From: Candidatus Saccharimonadia bacterium
GTDB lineage: Bacteria; Patescibacteriota; Saccharimonadia; UBA4664
DNA length: 64,000 nucleotides
Assembly (NCBI GenBank): GCA_038245115.1
Contig: JBBRSS010000004.1
Span: forward strand, 1,804-65,803
Direction: 5' to 3'
In this document: piece after piece, positions 18,194 to 30,859 of the stretch
How positions within the stretch are numbered: position 1 is the stretch's first letter
Layout: each line of letters starts with the position of its first letter
Program-made: the position numbers and the translations under genes
Notes under the pieces: model-generated
Seen by the model: the letters and a program-made list of their open reading frames with translations, nothing else
Told to the model about the DNA's origin: nothing
The model's database searches: none

Positions 18194-19135
18194 ATGAAAG
18201 CAGCTCAGATCAACGAATATGGTGATGCTGGTGTCGTAAGCACGGTTGATAATGCCAGCAAGCCGGGAATTGACCCGGGCCAGGTGCTCGTGGAAGTCTA
18301 CGCCGCGGGCGTAAATCCGTTCGACTGGAAGGTCCGCGAAGGCATGGTTCGGCAGATGGCCGAGCTCACATTCCCCGGGGCTGTCCTTGGCGGCGATTTG
18401 GCCGGAGTGGTCGCCGAAGTCGGTGCGGAAGTTACCGATGTGAAGGTCGGGGATGAAGTTTACGGCCTAGCCGGCGCCCTCAGTAGCCACGGTTCTTTCG
18501 CGCAGTTTGCGCCCGCCGCCGCTGGCTCTATTGGGGCTAAGCCCAAGAATATCGACTCCACCACCGCCGCCGCCCTGCCGCTGGCCGGAGTCAGCGCATA
18601 CCAGGCTCTCGTCGAAACGCTTCATTTGTCCTCGGGGCAAAAGATTCTCGTTCACGGCGGTGCCGGCGGTATCGGTAGCCTTGCCATCCAGCTTGCCAAA
18701 CACCTCGGAGCCACCGTGGCCACGACCGTCTCGGCGGCCGGGGTCAGTTACGTCAAGAGCCTCGGCGCCGACGTCGTCATTGACTACGAACAGCAGTCAT
18801 TCAAAGATGAACTGTCCGACTACGATGCGGTCTTTGATACCATCGGTGGCGAAGTCTATGCTCAGTCTTTTGAAGTCCTCAAGGAAGGCGGGTCTATCGT
18901 GTCCATGAGCGCGGCCGTCGATGAAGCCCTCGCGTCTGGGCACAAAGTCACGGCTTACTCGCAGTTCACTCAAGCCACTACCGAGCGGCTGGCCGAGCTC
19001 ACTAAGCTTGTCGAAAGCGGCGCCATCAAAGTTAATATCGACCGTCTCTTCCCGCTCGAGCAGGCCAGTGAAGCCCTCGAATACGTCAAAACCGGCCGCC
19101 CTATCGGCAAGGTTGTCATCAAAGTCCGGGACTAA
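18194..19135 (+). CDS. NADPH:quinone oxidoreductase-like MDR family protein
   Basis: GVNPFDWK, HGGAGGIG, GADVVIDY, GKVVI. Confidence 0.9.
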   Translation: MKAAQINEYGDAGVVSTVDNASKPGIDPGQVLVEVYAAGVNPFDWKVREGMVRQMAELTFPGAVLGGDLAGVVAEVGAEVTDVKVGDEVYGLAGALSSHGSFAQFAPAAAGSIGAKPKNIDSTTAAALPLAGVSAYQALVETLHLSSGQKILVHGGAGGIGSLAIQLAKHLGATVATTVSAAGVSYVKSLGADVVIDYEQQSFKDELSDYDAVFDTIGGEVYAQSFEVLKEGGSIVSMSAAVDEALASGHKVTAYSQFTQATTERLAELTKLVESGAIKVNIDRLFPLEQASEALEYVKTGRPIGKVVIKVRD

Positions 19136-19563
19136 ACTTCTTCGATCAGCTGCTTCATGCTGCCAAGCACCATAGTCCAATTCGAGGAGGCCTGTTCGCG
19201 GGCCTCCTCGTTGTCGTTGCCATCTTGTAGAATTACCACCTCAGTCCCGCCGTCGTGCTCATTTAACAGATAGCTCACGGTAACGTAATTCTCCGGCACA
19301 TCTGCCTTGCCGCTCATGCCCGACCAATAAGTACTCACTAGCTTCATGCCCGGCTCAGCCTCCAGTACCGTACCCTTATCTTCGTAGGCTTGGCCTTTCC
19401 ATTCACCCTTATACGTAATGGGGCTTCCCACCTGCCAATCCGAGGTGGCCTCCGTTCCAAACAGATAAACCTTGATCTGCTCCGGGTCAGTCAGCGCCGC
19501 CCACACCCTATCGGTATCCGCGTTAATGATGATTTTTGATTCAGCCACCAATCCTTTTGCCAT
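19132..19563 (-). CDS. SRPBCC/AHSA1 domain protein
   Basis: VWAALTDPE..YLFGT..SDWQVGS; C-terminal W..L..LK helix. Confidence 0.85.
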   Translation of the reverse strand: MAKGLVAESKIIINADTDRVWAALTDPEQIKVYLFGTEATSDWQVGSPITYKGEWKGQAYEDKGTVLEAEPGMKLVSTYWSGMSGKADVPENYVTVSYLLNEHDGGTEVVILQDGNDNEEAREQASSNWTMVLGSMKQLIEEV

Positions 19564-19604
19564 AACGATTCCTCCGCTGCATATATTAATCTCGTAGAAG
19601 TATT

Positions 19605-21209
19605 TTAGCGCAGTACGTCGTCGCGTTTATCGCGCAAAAATGAGTTCCACTGCTCAATAATTCTGAGGATTGTTTTGAACGGTGTTTCAATAATAATGTC
19701 CAAGATCGACGTGAAGATATTGATTCGGCTGTAGCGCTCGGCCAGCCATTGGCCCGCCCGAATGAAGGGTGTTAGCAGAAAATCGCTTAAATTCGCGATG
19801 AGGCCCGGGTCTTCCTCGATAACAGCGTACTCACGGACCGAGTAGGCGATACGGTAGGCAAAGAAGCTGACCGTCGAGAGAAATACGAAGAAAATAATTC
19901 CGCTTACTAGGTTGAATCCGACTATCTGCAACATCCACGATATTGCCGCCAAAGTTGCCAATGAGGTTAGCAAATAAAACAGGCTAAATGTGCTGCGCAT
20001 TTTTGACGTCCGCCCGCGACTGGATAGGGTGTAGCGTATTGGCTGCTGATCCGAAACATACACGATCTGCTTCAAATCGCTCAGGATTTTGGTGGTGTTG
20101 CGTTGGCCGGGGATCTTAATTGTGAGTCCGACCATTGCCATATATAGCGGCGGGAAGAGCAGATTGATTCCGAGCGGCAGGTAGTTGACCGCGCCGTAGG
20201 CGAATAGTTCATACGGAATCTCGATAATCATCCCCAAGACTACCTTGGTAATAAACAGGAATATTACCGCCTGCACCACGCTGCGTTTGAGGCGGCTCGA
20301 TACCACTTGATACTGCGTTTCGGCCACACTTCGGGCTTTTTCGATCAGTACGGATGGGGTAGTGGCGAGCTGCTCGAGGCCTTCGTGGCTGGTTTTGATA
20401 ATTTCGCGCAAAATCAGATACGGCGCAATGTGGCGACGCACTAACCGGAACATACGATGTGGGGTGGCACCCCCAGTTTGGTCATCCAGCTGAGCATTAA
20501 TTTCGACAAATTGCTTGCCGGCAGCCTCTAGTTGGGCATTATCCTCGAGCCAGCGGGGGAAGGCTCGCGAAAATACCCCGTAACGGATAGTTGCAATATC
20601 AGATTTCAATAGTGCCTTGTGTACGGCGGCGTACAGTGCCATTTGGTCTTCTCGGGCCACATCGGCGTGATCTATGAACGCCGCATACGTAAACTCGACT
20701 ATCGCGGCCTCGGTCGGGTTCGGCTGCAATGCCCGCTCGAGCTCCACCGAGAGCAAAGCGATAATATTGCTGGCAATTTCGTCGTGACTATCGTGACTTC
20801 GCGATAGCGCCGTCTGTTGTAGCGAGCCGTACCGCCGAACAATGTAATCGATATACTCAATTTCATCTTCGCGGATAGTGTCGTTATCCAAATAGCGGGT
20901 TTTGGTAAGTTCGCTTACCAATTCAAACCCGATGTCTTCCGACCCGTTGGGTTTTAATTCACGCAGTAAAAATCGTTCAATTGCGCCGCGCAAGAATAAG
21001 TGTTGTTCGCGATACTCAACGGCATTGCGAATCTGCTCATACAAAAAATATGCCCCGGCGGTAATTTCCGGAACGTGGACCTTTGTGCCTTTCCAGACCG
21101 GAGCCTGTTGCGCACGCAATAGCTGCACGAGTCCTTGCATTAGCGGTGATAACTTCGGCGCGTCCGCGGACGGGGCGGCAGTTATCTTATTCTCGAGCGG
21201 ATTATGCAT
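19605..21209 (-). CDS. Hypothetical membrane protein (large soluble N-domain, about 4 C-terminal TM)
   Basis: 534 aa uninterrupted ORF; [19 protein letters not shown]; TACAAT 6 nt before ATG. Confidence 0.8.
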   Translation of the reverse strand: MHNPLENKITAAPSADAPKLSPLMQGLVQLLRAQQAPVWKGTKVHVPEITAGAYFLYEQIRNAVEYREQHLFLRGAIERFLLRELKPNGSEDIGFELVSELTKTRYLDNDTIREDEIEYIDYIVRRYGSLQQTALSRSHDSHDEIASNIIALLSVELERALQPNPTEAAIVEFTYAAFIDHADVAREDQMALYAAVHKALLKSDIATIRYGVFSRAFPRWLEDNAQLEAAGKQFVEINAQLDDQTGGATPHRMFRLVRRHIAPYLILREIIKTSHEGLEQLATTPSVLIEKARSVAETQYQVVSSRLKRSVVQAVIFLFITKVVLGMIIEIPYELFAYGAVNYLPLGINLLFPPLYMAMVGLTIKIPGQRNTTKILSDLKQIVYVSDQQPIRYTLSSRGRTSKMRSTFSLFYLLTSLATLAAISWMLQIVGFNLVSGIIFFVFLSTVSFFAYRIAYSVREYAVIEEDPGLIANLSDFLLTPFIRAGQWLAERYSRINIFTSILDIIIETPFKTILRIIEQWNSFLRDKRDDVLR

Positions 21210-21249
21210 AGCGCAATTGTACCACTACGAGTTGGTGTACAATCGAATA

Positions 21250-22863
21250 ATGAAACTTACTACCCTCCCTGAATGGAAAAAACTTCAAGCTCATTACGAT
21301 GCCAACAAGACCGCTCATTTGCGCGATCTGTTTGCTACCGACCCGTCTCGAGCCGAGTCCTTAAGCCTCGAAGCAGGCGATATCTTTGTCGATTATTCGA
21401 AAAACCGCCTCACCCGCGAAACGCTTGAGTTGCTGCTCGATCTCGCCCGGGCCACCGGAGTCGAGCAGCTGCGTGACGGCATGTTTTCCGGGGTACACAT
21501 TAACACCACCGAAGATCGATCGGTACTTCATACCGCGCTGCGCCGTCAGTCGTCGGGCCCACTTGTAGTTGATAGTGTCGATGTCGCCGCTGACGTTCGT
21601 GCGGTGCTGGATCAAATGAGCCAATTCGCCACCGCTGTGCGGTCTGGTGCCTGGACTGGCCACACTGGTAAGCGCATCAAGACGGTCATTAATATTGGCA
21701 TTGGCGGCTCCGACCTTGGCCCGGTGATGGCAACTAGCGCGCTACGCTTTTACTCTCAGCGCGATATTACCCTCAAGTTTGTTTCCAATATCGACTCCAC
21801 TCATCTAGTGGAGGCCACCCGAGGTCTTGACCCCGCCGAAACGCTGTTTATTATTGCCTCCAAGACCTTTACTACCGACGAAACCATGACCAACGCCCAG
21901 AGCGCTCGTGAATGGCTAATTGCCGGCTTGGGCGATGAGGCCGCGGTGTCCAAGCACTTTGTGGCTCTTTCCACCAATGCCGCTGATGTCAAAAAGTTCG
22001 GTATCGATACTGCCAACATGTTTGGCTTCTGGGATTGGGTCGGCGGCCGCTACTCGCTCACCAGCGCCATCGGCCTGTCGTTGATGATATCTATTGGTCC
22101 GGATCACTTCCGCGAGCTCCTGGCCGGCTTCGACACCATGGATGAGCATTTTCGTACCGCCCCTCTCGAACAGAATTTGCCCGTAATCTTGGGTCTTATC
22201 GGCATTTGGTATACCGATTTCTTTGGCGCCGAAACCGAGGCCATCCTACCGTACGAACAGTACCTCGACCGGTTTGCGGCCTATATGCAGCAGGCCAATA
22301 TGGAATCCAATGGCAAGAGCGTTACCAAAGCCGGCCAGGCTGTGGACTACTCCACGGCGCCAGTTGTATGGGGCGAGCCGGGGACCAATGGCCAACATGC
22401 GTTCTACCAGCTGATTCACCAAGGCACGCACCTTATCCCAGCCGATTTTATTGGCTTCATGAAGCCATTGAACCCTCTAGGTGAACATCACCCCAAACTC
22501 ATCGCCAACTTGTTCGCGCAAACAGAGGCCTTGGCGTTTGGCAAAACCGCGGCCGAAGTAGCTGCTGCCGGAGTGCCCGCAGATCTGGTGGCTCACAAAA
22601 CCTTCGCCGGCAATCACCCCTCCAATACTATCCTGATGCCGTCACTCACTCCGCACGTCCTAGGCCAATTGATTGCCCTATATGAGCACAAAATATTCGT
22701 TCAGGGCGCCGTGTGGCAGATCAATTCCTTCGATCAATGGGGCGTTGAGCTTGGTAAGCAGTTGGCCAAAACCATCTATGGTGAGTTCGGGGCTGGCGAG
22801 GCTTCGCAAGTTCACGATTCTTCCACGACGCAGCTCATTAACCGTTTTTTGGCTCAACGCTAG
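21250..22863 (+). CDS. pgi: Glucose-6-phosphate isomerase
   Basis: [42 protein letters not shown]; start ATG 21250. Confidence 0.97.
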   Translation: MKLTTLPEWKKLQAHYDANKTAHLRDLFATDPSRAESLSLEAGDIFVDYSKNRLTRETLELLLDLARATGVEQLRDGMFSGVHINTTEDRSVLHTALRRQSSGPLVVDSVDVAADVRAVLDQMSQFATAVRSGAWTGHTGKRIKTVINIGIGGSDLGPVMATSALRFYSQRDITLKFVSNIDSTHLVEATRGLDPAETLFIIASKTFTTDETMTNAQSAREWLIAGLGDEAAVSKHFVALSTNAADVKKFGIDTANMFGFWDWVGGRYSLTSAIGLSLMISIGPDHFRELLAGFDTMDEHFRTAPLEQNLPVILGLIGIWYTDFFGAETEAILPYEQYLDRFAAYMQQANMESNGKSVTKAGQAVDYSTAPVVWGEPGTNGQHAFYQLIHQGTHLIPADFIGFMKPLNPLGEHHPKLIANLFAQTEALAFGKTAAEVAAAGVPADLVAHKTFAGNHPSNTILMPSLTPHVLGQLIALYEHKIFVQGAVWQINSFDQWGVELGKQLAKTIYGEFGAGEASQVHDSSTTQLINRFLAQR

Positions 22864-22920
22864 TTTCGGCCCCGTGAATAATAGCATCGGAAGGCTATTT
22901 ACTGTATAAACATAAGCAAG

Positions 22921-24588
22921 ATGAGGCTCCAAGCTAAGTTTCTGCTATTATTTATATTTCTCTTCGGAACCGTCGCAATGCTACTGGTGTTGCAACGTTC
23001 TTTTGACCTGGGCAGGTCACGGTCTGTGCTTGAAAGTGAACTCGCCCAGCGCCACAGGTATTTCCAGCAGATCACCAAGATAGAGGGCCACCCACTCGAG
23101 AGTCTGGCGGTAGATTATTCGTTTTGGGACGAGATGGTCAACTTCATCAAGAAGCGTAATCTGGAATTTGCCCGCGACAACATCGATACCGGCCTTTCTA
23201 CCTATGGCGCCGACGCTGCCTGGGTGTACCGCCCCGACAACTCGCTGGTATACTACAAATCCACCACGGATGACCTCACAATCCAAAATCTTGCCTTACC
23301 CAAAGCTTTTTTCGCCCAGCTAAATAGCAATCATTTCGCGCATTTCTACATTCAAGAACCAAACGGACTACTCGAAATCCGAGCTGCAACCGTTCACCCC
23401 GGTAACGATTCCGACCGTAAAACTCCTCCACAAGGATTTTGGGTAATCGGCAGATATCTCACTCCCGGCCTGGTTAAGAGCCTCGGTGATCTCACCCAAA
23501 GCACTATTACGATCGACCCAGTCGGTACGGCCTCCGGTGACCAGCTCGGTACGCATTCCGTTTCCTTTGGCACTACTTTGCCCGGCTGGGATTCTCGTCC
23601 GGTGGCGGTCCTGACGTCTGAGGCCGCCGTGCCAGTAGTTAGAGATCTGGAGAATCTTTATACCCGGCAGTTGACGCTACTCCTGCTATTCTCGCTAGCC
23701 TCAATAATGGTTGTTATCATCTCCATCTGGCGGCTGGTTTTGCGGCCGGTTCGCGAAATTACTGCCAGTTTAAAGAACCAAACCCCCGCTAGCCTAGACC
23801 GACTAGCCAAAGATCAATCCGAATTCGGAATCCTTGCCAATGCTGTTCAGCAGTTTTTTACATCTGAATTTATTAAAACCAAAATGATGGAGCTAAATAA
23901 CGCCAAGAGTGAATTCCTGGCTATCGCTGCCCATGAGCTAAAAGGTCCCGTTGGGAATGTGCATATTTTTGCCGAAAACCTGGCCGATCTCGTGAAGCAG
24001 GGTAATTCCAAGGTTAATCTCCTCGAAGAGGTTAAGCGTATCAGTCTGTCGGCGCACAAGGCTACAGTTCTAATCAACGACATCTATCAGGCCAGTAAGG
24101 GAGGTCAATCACTCGAGATCAAGCGAACGGAGTTCGAATTTGATACTTTCGTACGGGGTGAGGTAACTGACGCTCAGTACTCCACGACGCAGAATATAAT
24201 TATTGAAGGATCTAGCGGCAAGAAAATTGTCAGCGATATTGATCGACTCGGCCAAGTTATGGCCAACCTAATACGTAATGCCTCAAAATATTCACCGAAC
24301 TCAGATAAGATTATTATCCGTATTAAATCAGAGGGTACGAACGTTATTCTTGAGGTTCAGGACTACGGCCTAGGGATTTCAGCCGAGGACCAGCCCAAGC
24401 TGTTCGAACGATTCTTCCGTTCCAGTTCGGTCGCCACGTCATATCCCGGACTAGGTCTTGGTCTTTCGATTTGTAAAGAAATTATTGAAGCCTTAGACGG
24501 CAAAATCTGGCTTACGAGTGAGATTGGCCAAGGGTCGCATTTTTATTTCTCGTTGCCCCTTAGCTCCGAATTTACAGAGTTTTCATAA
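22921..24588 (+). CDS. Sensor histidine kinase with CHASE4-like periplasmic domain
   Basis: DYSFWDE sensor motif, AHELKGP H-box, NLIRNASKY, DYGLGI, GLGLGLSIC, GSHFYF. Confidence 0.9.
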   Translation: MRLQAKFLLLFIFLFGTVAMLLVLQRSFDLGRSRSVLESELAQRHRYFQQITKIEGHPLESLAVDYSFWDEMVNFIKKRNLEFARDNIDTGLSTYGADAAWVYRPDNSLVYYKSTTDDLTIQNLALPKAFFAQLNSNHFAHFYIQEPNGLLEIRAATVHPGNDSDRKTPPQGFWVIGRYLTPGLVKSLGDLTQSTITIDPVGTASGDQLGTHSVSFGTTLPGWDSRPVAVLTSEAAVPVVRDLENLYTRQLTLLLLFSLASIMVVIISIWRLVLRPVREITASLKNQTPASLDRLAKDQSEFGILANAVQQFFTSEFIKTKMMELNNAKSEFLAIAAHELKGPVGNVHIFAENLADLVKQGNSKVNLLEEVKRISLSAHKATVLINDIYQASKGGQSLEIKRTEFEFDTFVRGEVTDAQYSTTQNIIIEGSSGKKIVSDIDRLGQVMANLIRNASKYSPNSDKIIIRIKSEGTNVILEVQDYGLGISAEDQPKLFERFFRSSSVATSYPGLGLGLSICKEIIEALDGKIWLTSEIGQGSHFYFSLPLSSEFTEFS

Positions 24589-24634
24589 ACCGTGGTACAT
24601 TTAGTGCCAACAATCATTACGAAAAGAGGCTCAA

Positions 24635-24709
24635 ATGGGTAAGGATAAATCTAAGGGCGGCAAAAAAGAAGTCAAGAAGCCCAAGCAGCCCAAGAAGCCC
24701 AAGCTGTAG
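24635..24709 (+). CDS. 24-aa Lys-rich small protein MGKDKSKGGKKEVKKPKQPKKPKL
   Basis: AAGAGG RBS upstream, fills the gap, stop 3 nt before the NUDIX start. Confidence 0.5.
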   Translation: MGKDKSKGGKKEVKKPKQPKKPKL

Positions 24710-24712
24710 CCG

Positions 24713-25237
24713 ATGAAACTGCTGGCGACCTTGCGCGACGAAGATATTATCATTGGTTCGCCCAAGATTCGGACCGACAACTTTTCTCCGCGAGTGGCTG
24801 CCCGGGCGATCGTGTTCGATGGACGCGCCGCCGTAGCGCTTTTGCACGCCACTAAGCATTCCTACCACAAGCTGCCCGGCGGGGGAGTTGAACCTGGCGA
24901 AGATCTGGCTTCCGCACTCGCGCGCGAGATTAAGGAAGAGATCGGTTGTGCCGCCGAAGTAACGGGTGAGGTTGGCCAAATTGACGAGTACCGGGGTGAG
25001 TGGAAATTATTCCAGCAGTCGTACTGCTATCTAGGCCGAGTAGTCGGCCCAAAGGGTAGTCCGGATTTTACCCAAGAAGAGCTCGGCGACGGGTTTGAAA
25101 TAGTCTGGGTAGCCTCTTTGGAGGCAGCTATCTCCTTGCTTGAGGCCGATCGGCCGGCCAATTACGACGGCAAGTTTATACATGCCCGCGATTTGCTGTT
25201 GCTTCGTGCCGCCTACGGCCAGACATCTCAGTCCTAA
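24713..25237 (+). CDS. NUDIX hydrolase
   Basis: Nudix box GGGVEPGEDLASALAREIKEEIG. Confidence 0.92.
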   Translation: MKLLATLRDEDIIIGSPKIRTDNFSPRVAARAIVFDGRAAVALLHATKHSYHKLPGGGVEPGEDLASALAREIKEEIGCAAEVTGEVGQIDEYRGEWKLFQQSYCYLGRVVGPKGSPDFTQEELGDGFEIVWVASLEAAISLLEADRPANYDGKFIHARDLLLLRAAYGQTSQS

Positions 25238-25307
25238 GCAATTTATCAGCTCATCGTGACATGCTAGTATTGTTCATTCAGTTTGAACCATTAATCAGGG
25301 GAACAAT

Positions 25308-25856
25308 ATGCAAAGTCTATCCAAAAAAGTAATCATTCCAATGGCCGCCATCGCCGTAATTGGCGCCGGCGCCTTCGGGGTCGCTCAGGTATCGGCCGCC
25401 ACCGACACCGCCAACCCTCAGGCCTCGCTTATCCAAAAACTGGCTGACACTTTCCATGTCGACAAGTCCAAGGTGCAGGCGGTGTTTGACGAGAACAAGA
25501 CTGAGCGGCAAGCAGCTCATCAGGCAACTTACGAGGCTAAACTCGCCCAAGCCGTCACCGACGGCAAGCTCACCGCTGCCCAAAAAGACCTGGTCTTAGC
25601 CGAGCACAACAAGCTAGCTGCCGAAATGAAGGCCGCCGCGACCGATACTAATGCCGACCGGCGCGCCGCAATGGAAAAAATTCGCCAGGAATCCACCGAC
25701 TGGGCGAAGGCTAACAACGTCGACGCTAAGTGGCTGATGGGCCCAGGCGGTCCCGGCGGACGCCACGGTGGCATGATGGGCGGCAAAATGATGGGACACA
25801 CTCCGGATGGCGACGCCGATGACGCCGCTGCTCCCAGCCCTTCGTCAGCCCTCTAG
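25308..25856 (+). CDS. Hypothetical secreted helical protein with Gly/Met-rich tail
   Basis: Signal peptide ..VSA|A, AVTDGKLT..Q motif, GGPGGRHGGMMGG. Confidence 0.8.
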   Translation: MQSLSKKVIIPMAAIAVIGAGAFGVAQVSAATDTANPQASLIQKLADTFHVDKSKVQAVFDENKTERQAAHQATYEAKLAQAVTDGKLTAAQKDLVLAEHNKLAAEMKAAATDTNADRRAAMEKIRQESTDWAKANNVDAKWLMGPGGPGGRHGGMMGGKMMGHTPDGDADDAAAPSPSSAL

Positions 25857-26236
25857 CCCATCTGATCCAGTGCCAAAATATTGCCCTCGGAGTCCTTAAA
25901 CCAGGCGGCCTTGTTTTCGCCATAGGTTACTACGCCGTTATCGGTCTTGAGACCAGGCATGTCATACTCCTCAAACACTACGCCCTTGTTGCGTAGTGTT
26001 TGCATTTGAGACTCAATATTGTCGACCTTAAACGATGCGTAGGTGGCCTGTGATGTCCCGGCTCCGGCCGATTTGTAGACAAACAGCACTGTTCCTTCGC
26101 CGGCTTCATACATCACGCCCCCATCAGAGTCATTCGTTTTCAAAATTTCAAGTCCGAGCTTGTTGCTATAAAAATCCTTAGCCCGATCCATATCACTTGC
26201 TGGTATGGTCGGCATTACTGCTGAATTACTTAACAT
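25853..26236 (-). CDS. VOC/glyoxalase family protein
   Basis: FY..KLGL, GVVFEEYD.PGL, AWFKDSEGNIL; GGAGG RBS before ATG 26236. Confidence 0.9.
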   Translation of the reverse strand: MLSNSAVMPTIPASDMDRAKDFYSNKLGLEILKTNDSDGGVMYEAGEGTVLFVYKSAGAGTSQATYASFKVDNIESQMQTLRNKGVVFEEYDMPGLKTDNGVVTYGENKAAWFKDSEGNILALDQMG

Positions 26237-26362
26237 CTTGTCCTCCCGTTTCATTATTGGTCCACAAATTAAATCATTCTAGACTCAGCTGCCGCATTAG
26301 TAGAATTGCTAGAAGCTGTTCGGTGGGTAGCTAAATAAGCCCACTGCGATTATGCTTATGAT

Positions 26363-28021
26363 ATGAATTTAAAAGACGATATTTCTCGAATTATATCTGG
26401 TGAAGTTGAGGATGCTCCCGAGGCCCTGGAAGCTTATAGCCACGATGCCAGTCTGTTCGAAGTCAAGCCACAAATTGTGGTCTATCCCAAGAACGCCGAT
26501 GACGTGAAGGCGTTAGTAAAGTACGCCAAAGCCAACAAAACCGAGAGCTCAAACCTTTCCATTACCGCCCGTAGTGCCGGTACCGATATGTCGGGCGGCG
26601 CGGTTAACGATTCAATCATTGCCGATTTTAACCGTCATTTTAACCAGATATTTGATGTTTCACCGACCCTCGGCCACGCTCAACCAGGCGTGTTCTACCG
26701 CGATTTCGAGAAAGCTACGTTTGAGCACAAAGCCCTCATGCCCAGCTATCCCGCATCGCGCGATCTCTGCACTATTGGCGGAATGGTCAATAATAATTCC
26801 GGCGGCGAAAAGTCGCTCGAATTTGGTAAGACCGAGGATTTCGTGACGCAGCTGAAGGTGGTATTTGCCGATGGCAACGAATACACTGTTGAGCCCCTCA
26901 CGCGGGAAATGCTCGAGGTTAAGAAGCAACTCAACACCTTTGAGGGCGAAGTATACCGCAAGACTTTCGACCTGGTCGATAAGCATTACGACGCCATTAA
27001 GGCCGCCAAGCCAAATGTCACCAAGAACTCCACCGGCTATAATCTCTGGGATGTCTGGGACCGCAAGACTGGTATTTTTGACCTCACCAAGCTGATCGTT
27101 GGCGCCCAAGGTACCCTCGGCCTCACCACCGACATCAAGTTCCGATTGGTGCCGCACCGGCCGCATTCCGGGGTGCTCGTCGTATTTTTACGCGATATCG
27201 ACCGCCTAGGCGAGGTCATTAACGTAGTTCTCAAGAGCAAGCCGGCATCGTTCGAATCATTCGATGACGTCACCCTCATGCTGTCTATTAAGTTCATGCC
27301 CTACTTCCTCAAGATGCTTGGACTCAAAAAGTTCATTCATTTATTGATTGGGCTCATCCCCGAAGGCTTTTTACTTCTGCGCGGTATCCCGAAGCTGATT
27401 CTTATGATCGAATTTAACGGTGAGACTGTCGATGAAGTTCGCGAAAAGGTGAAGGCCCTCGATCGCCAGCTCTACACCAAGCATGCCTATTACGAAATCG
27501 AAGGATCGGAAGAAGACCCTACCGAGAGTAAGGCCGAAAAGTTTTGGATAATGCGCCGCCAAAGTTTTCAAATTTTGCGCAAAAAGGTCAAAGACAAGCA
27601 CACTGCGCCGTTTATTGACGATTTGGTAGTCAACCCCGAGTATTTGCCCGAGTTTTTGCCGCAAATGCGCAAGATCATCAAGAAATACAACCTCTTTGCG
27701 ACGATAGCCGGCCACATGGGCGATGGTAACTTTCACATTATTCCATTGATGAAGCTCGAAAAGCAGTCCGAGCGCGATAAGCTTCGCCCTGCCATGCAAG
27801 AAACCAACGAGCTTGTGCTCAAGTATCATGGTGTTCTCTCCGGCGAACACAACGACGGCATGATCCGCGGCCCCTGGCTGCAGCGAGCGTACGGTGACGA
27901 AATTTATGGTTATTTCAAAGACGTCAAAGATATTTTCGACCCCCAGGGCATCTTCAACCCCCACAAAAAGGCTAATGCCGACTGGGATTGGACCATGAGC
28001 CACATCCGGCAGTCATTCTAG
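26363..28021 (+). CDS. FAD-linked oxidase (GlcD/D-lactate dehydrogenase family)
   Basis: YSHDAS, RSAGT..SGG, TIGGMVNNNSGG, GHMGDGNFH, SGEHNDG, FDPQGIFNP. Confidence 0.9.
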   Translation: MNLKDDISRIISGEVEDAPEALEAYSHDASLFEVKPQIVVYPKNADDVKALVKYAKANKTESSNLSITARSAGTDMSGGAVNDSIIADFNRHFNQIFDVSPTLGHAQPGVFYRDFEKATFEHKALMPSYPASRDLCTIGGMVNNNSGGEKSLEFGKTEDFVTQLKVVFADGNEYTVEPLTREMLEVKKQLNTFEGEVYRKTFDLVDKHYDAIKAAKPNVTKNSTGYNLWDVWDRKTGIFDLTKLIVGAQGTLGLTTDIKFRLVPHRPHSGVLVVFLRDIDRLGEVINVVLKSKPASFESFDDVTLMLSIKFMPYFLKMLGLKKFIHLLIGLIPEGFLLLRGIPKLILMIEFNGETVDEVREKVKALDRQLYTKHAYYEIEGSEEDPTESKAEKFWIMRRQSFQILRKKVKDKHTAPFIDDLVVNPEYLPEFLPQMRKIIKKYNLFATIAGHMGDGNFHIIPLMKLEKQSERDKLRPAMQETNELVLKYHGVLSGEHNDGMIRGPWLQRAYGDEIYGYFKDVKDIFDPQGIFNPHKKANADWDWTMSHIRQSF

Positions 28022-28034
28022 GAGAAATCAGGCC

Positions 28035-28148
28035 ATGAAAAAATTCATTATCGATGTCGTCGATGTCCGAGATGATTCGGAGTGGGCCGCGCATTACCTA
28101 GAAAATCCGGAGCGTTATCCGGAAATTCACGAGCCAAATATAAAATAG
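28035..28148 (+). CDS. 37-aa acidic small protein MKKFIIDVVDVRDDSEWAAHYLENPERYPEIHEPNIK
   Basis: AGGAG RBS overlapping the upstream stop; fills the gap to the convergent atpC stop. Confidence 0.45.
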   Translation: MKKFIIDVVDVRDDSEWAAHYLENPERYPEIHEPNIK

Positions 28149-28150
28149 GC

Positions 28151-28584
28151 TTATTCCGGTGGCGTTTGCCGATCGGGCCGGTGGGTGCGGCGTCTCATTT
28201 GAGCCACGCCCAGACGGACGGTTTGGCGGTCCACCAGTTCTTGGGCACGGGCCAGCTCGTGTTTGTCGCCAGCCTTTGCCTTAAGCGCCTCGGCTTCAGC
28301 TAAAGCTATCTGAATCTCTCCCTGCACCAACGAGTCTTCGTGTTCAGCCTCGTCGGCCAAGACGCGTGTAGCGTCTGGTGTGACTTCCAGCAGGCCCCCG
28401 AACGTCGCAAAGATTGTCTGCTTGCCGCCTTTTTCGCGCACCACTACCGAACCTGGCTTCACGACGGCGGTGAGCGGTTCGTGATTCGGCAATACACCGA
28501 TTTGGCCGTTCGCCGTGGTGAGAGTAACCTCTGTCACCTCGCCACGGAATTTGGCCCCGGTTAATGTGAGCAGTTCAAACAGCA

Positions 28585-28585
<1 letters not shown>
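28151..28585 (-). CDS. atpC: ATP synthase epsilon subunit
   Basis: GQIGVLPNHEPL, GGLLEV, VLADEAE; last gene of the operon. Confidence 0.95.
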
Positions 28586-30856
<2,271 letters not shown>

Positions 30857-30859
30857 TGA

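Noticed and set aside
20902-21249. 116-aa N-terminal extension of Pgi in the ORF track
   Set aside because: Overlaps the opposite-strand gene; similarity and promoter point to ATG 21250.
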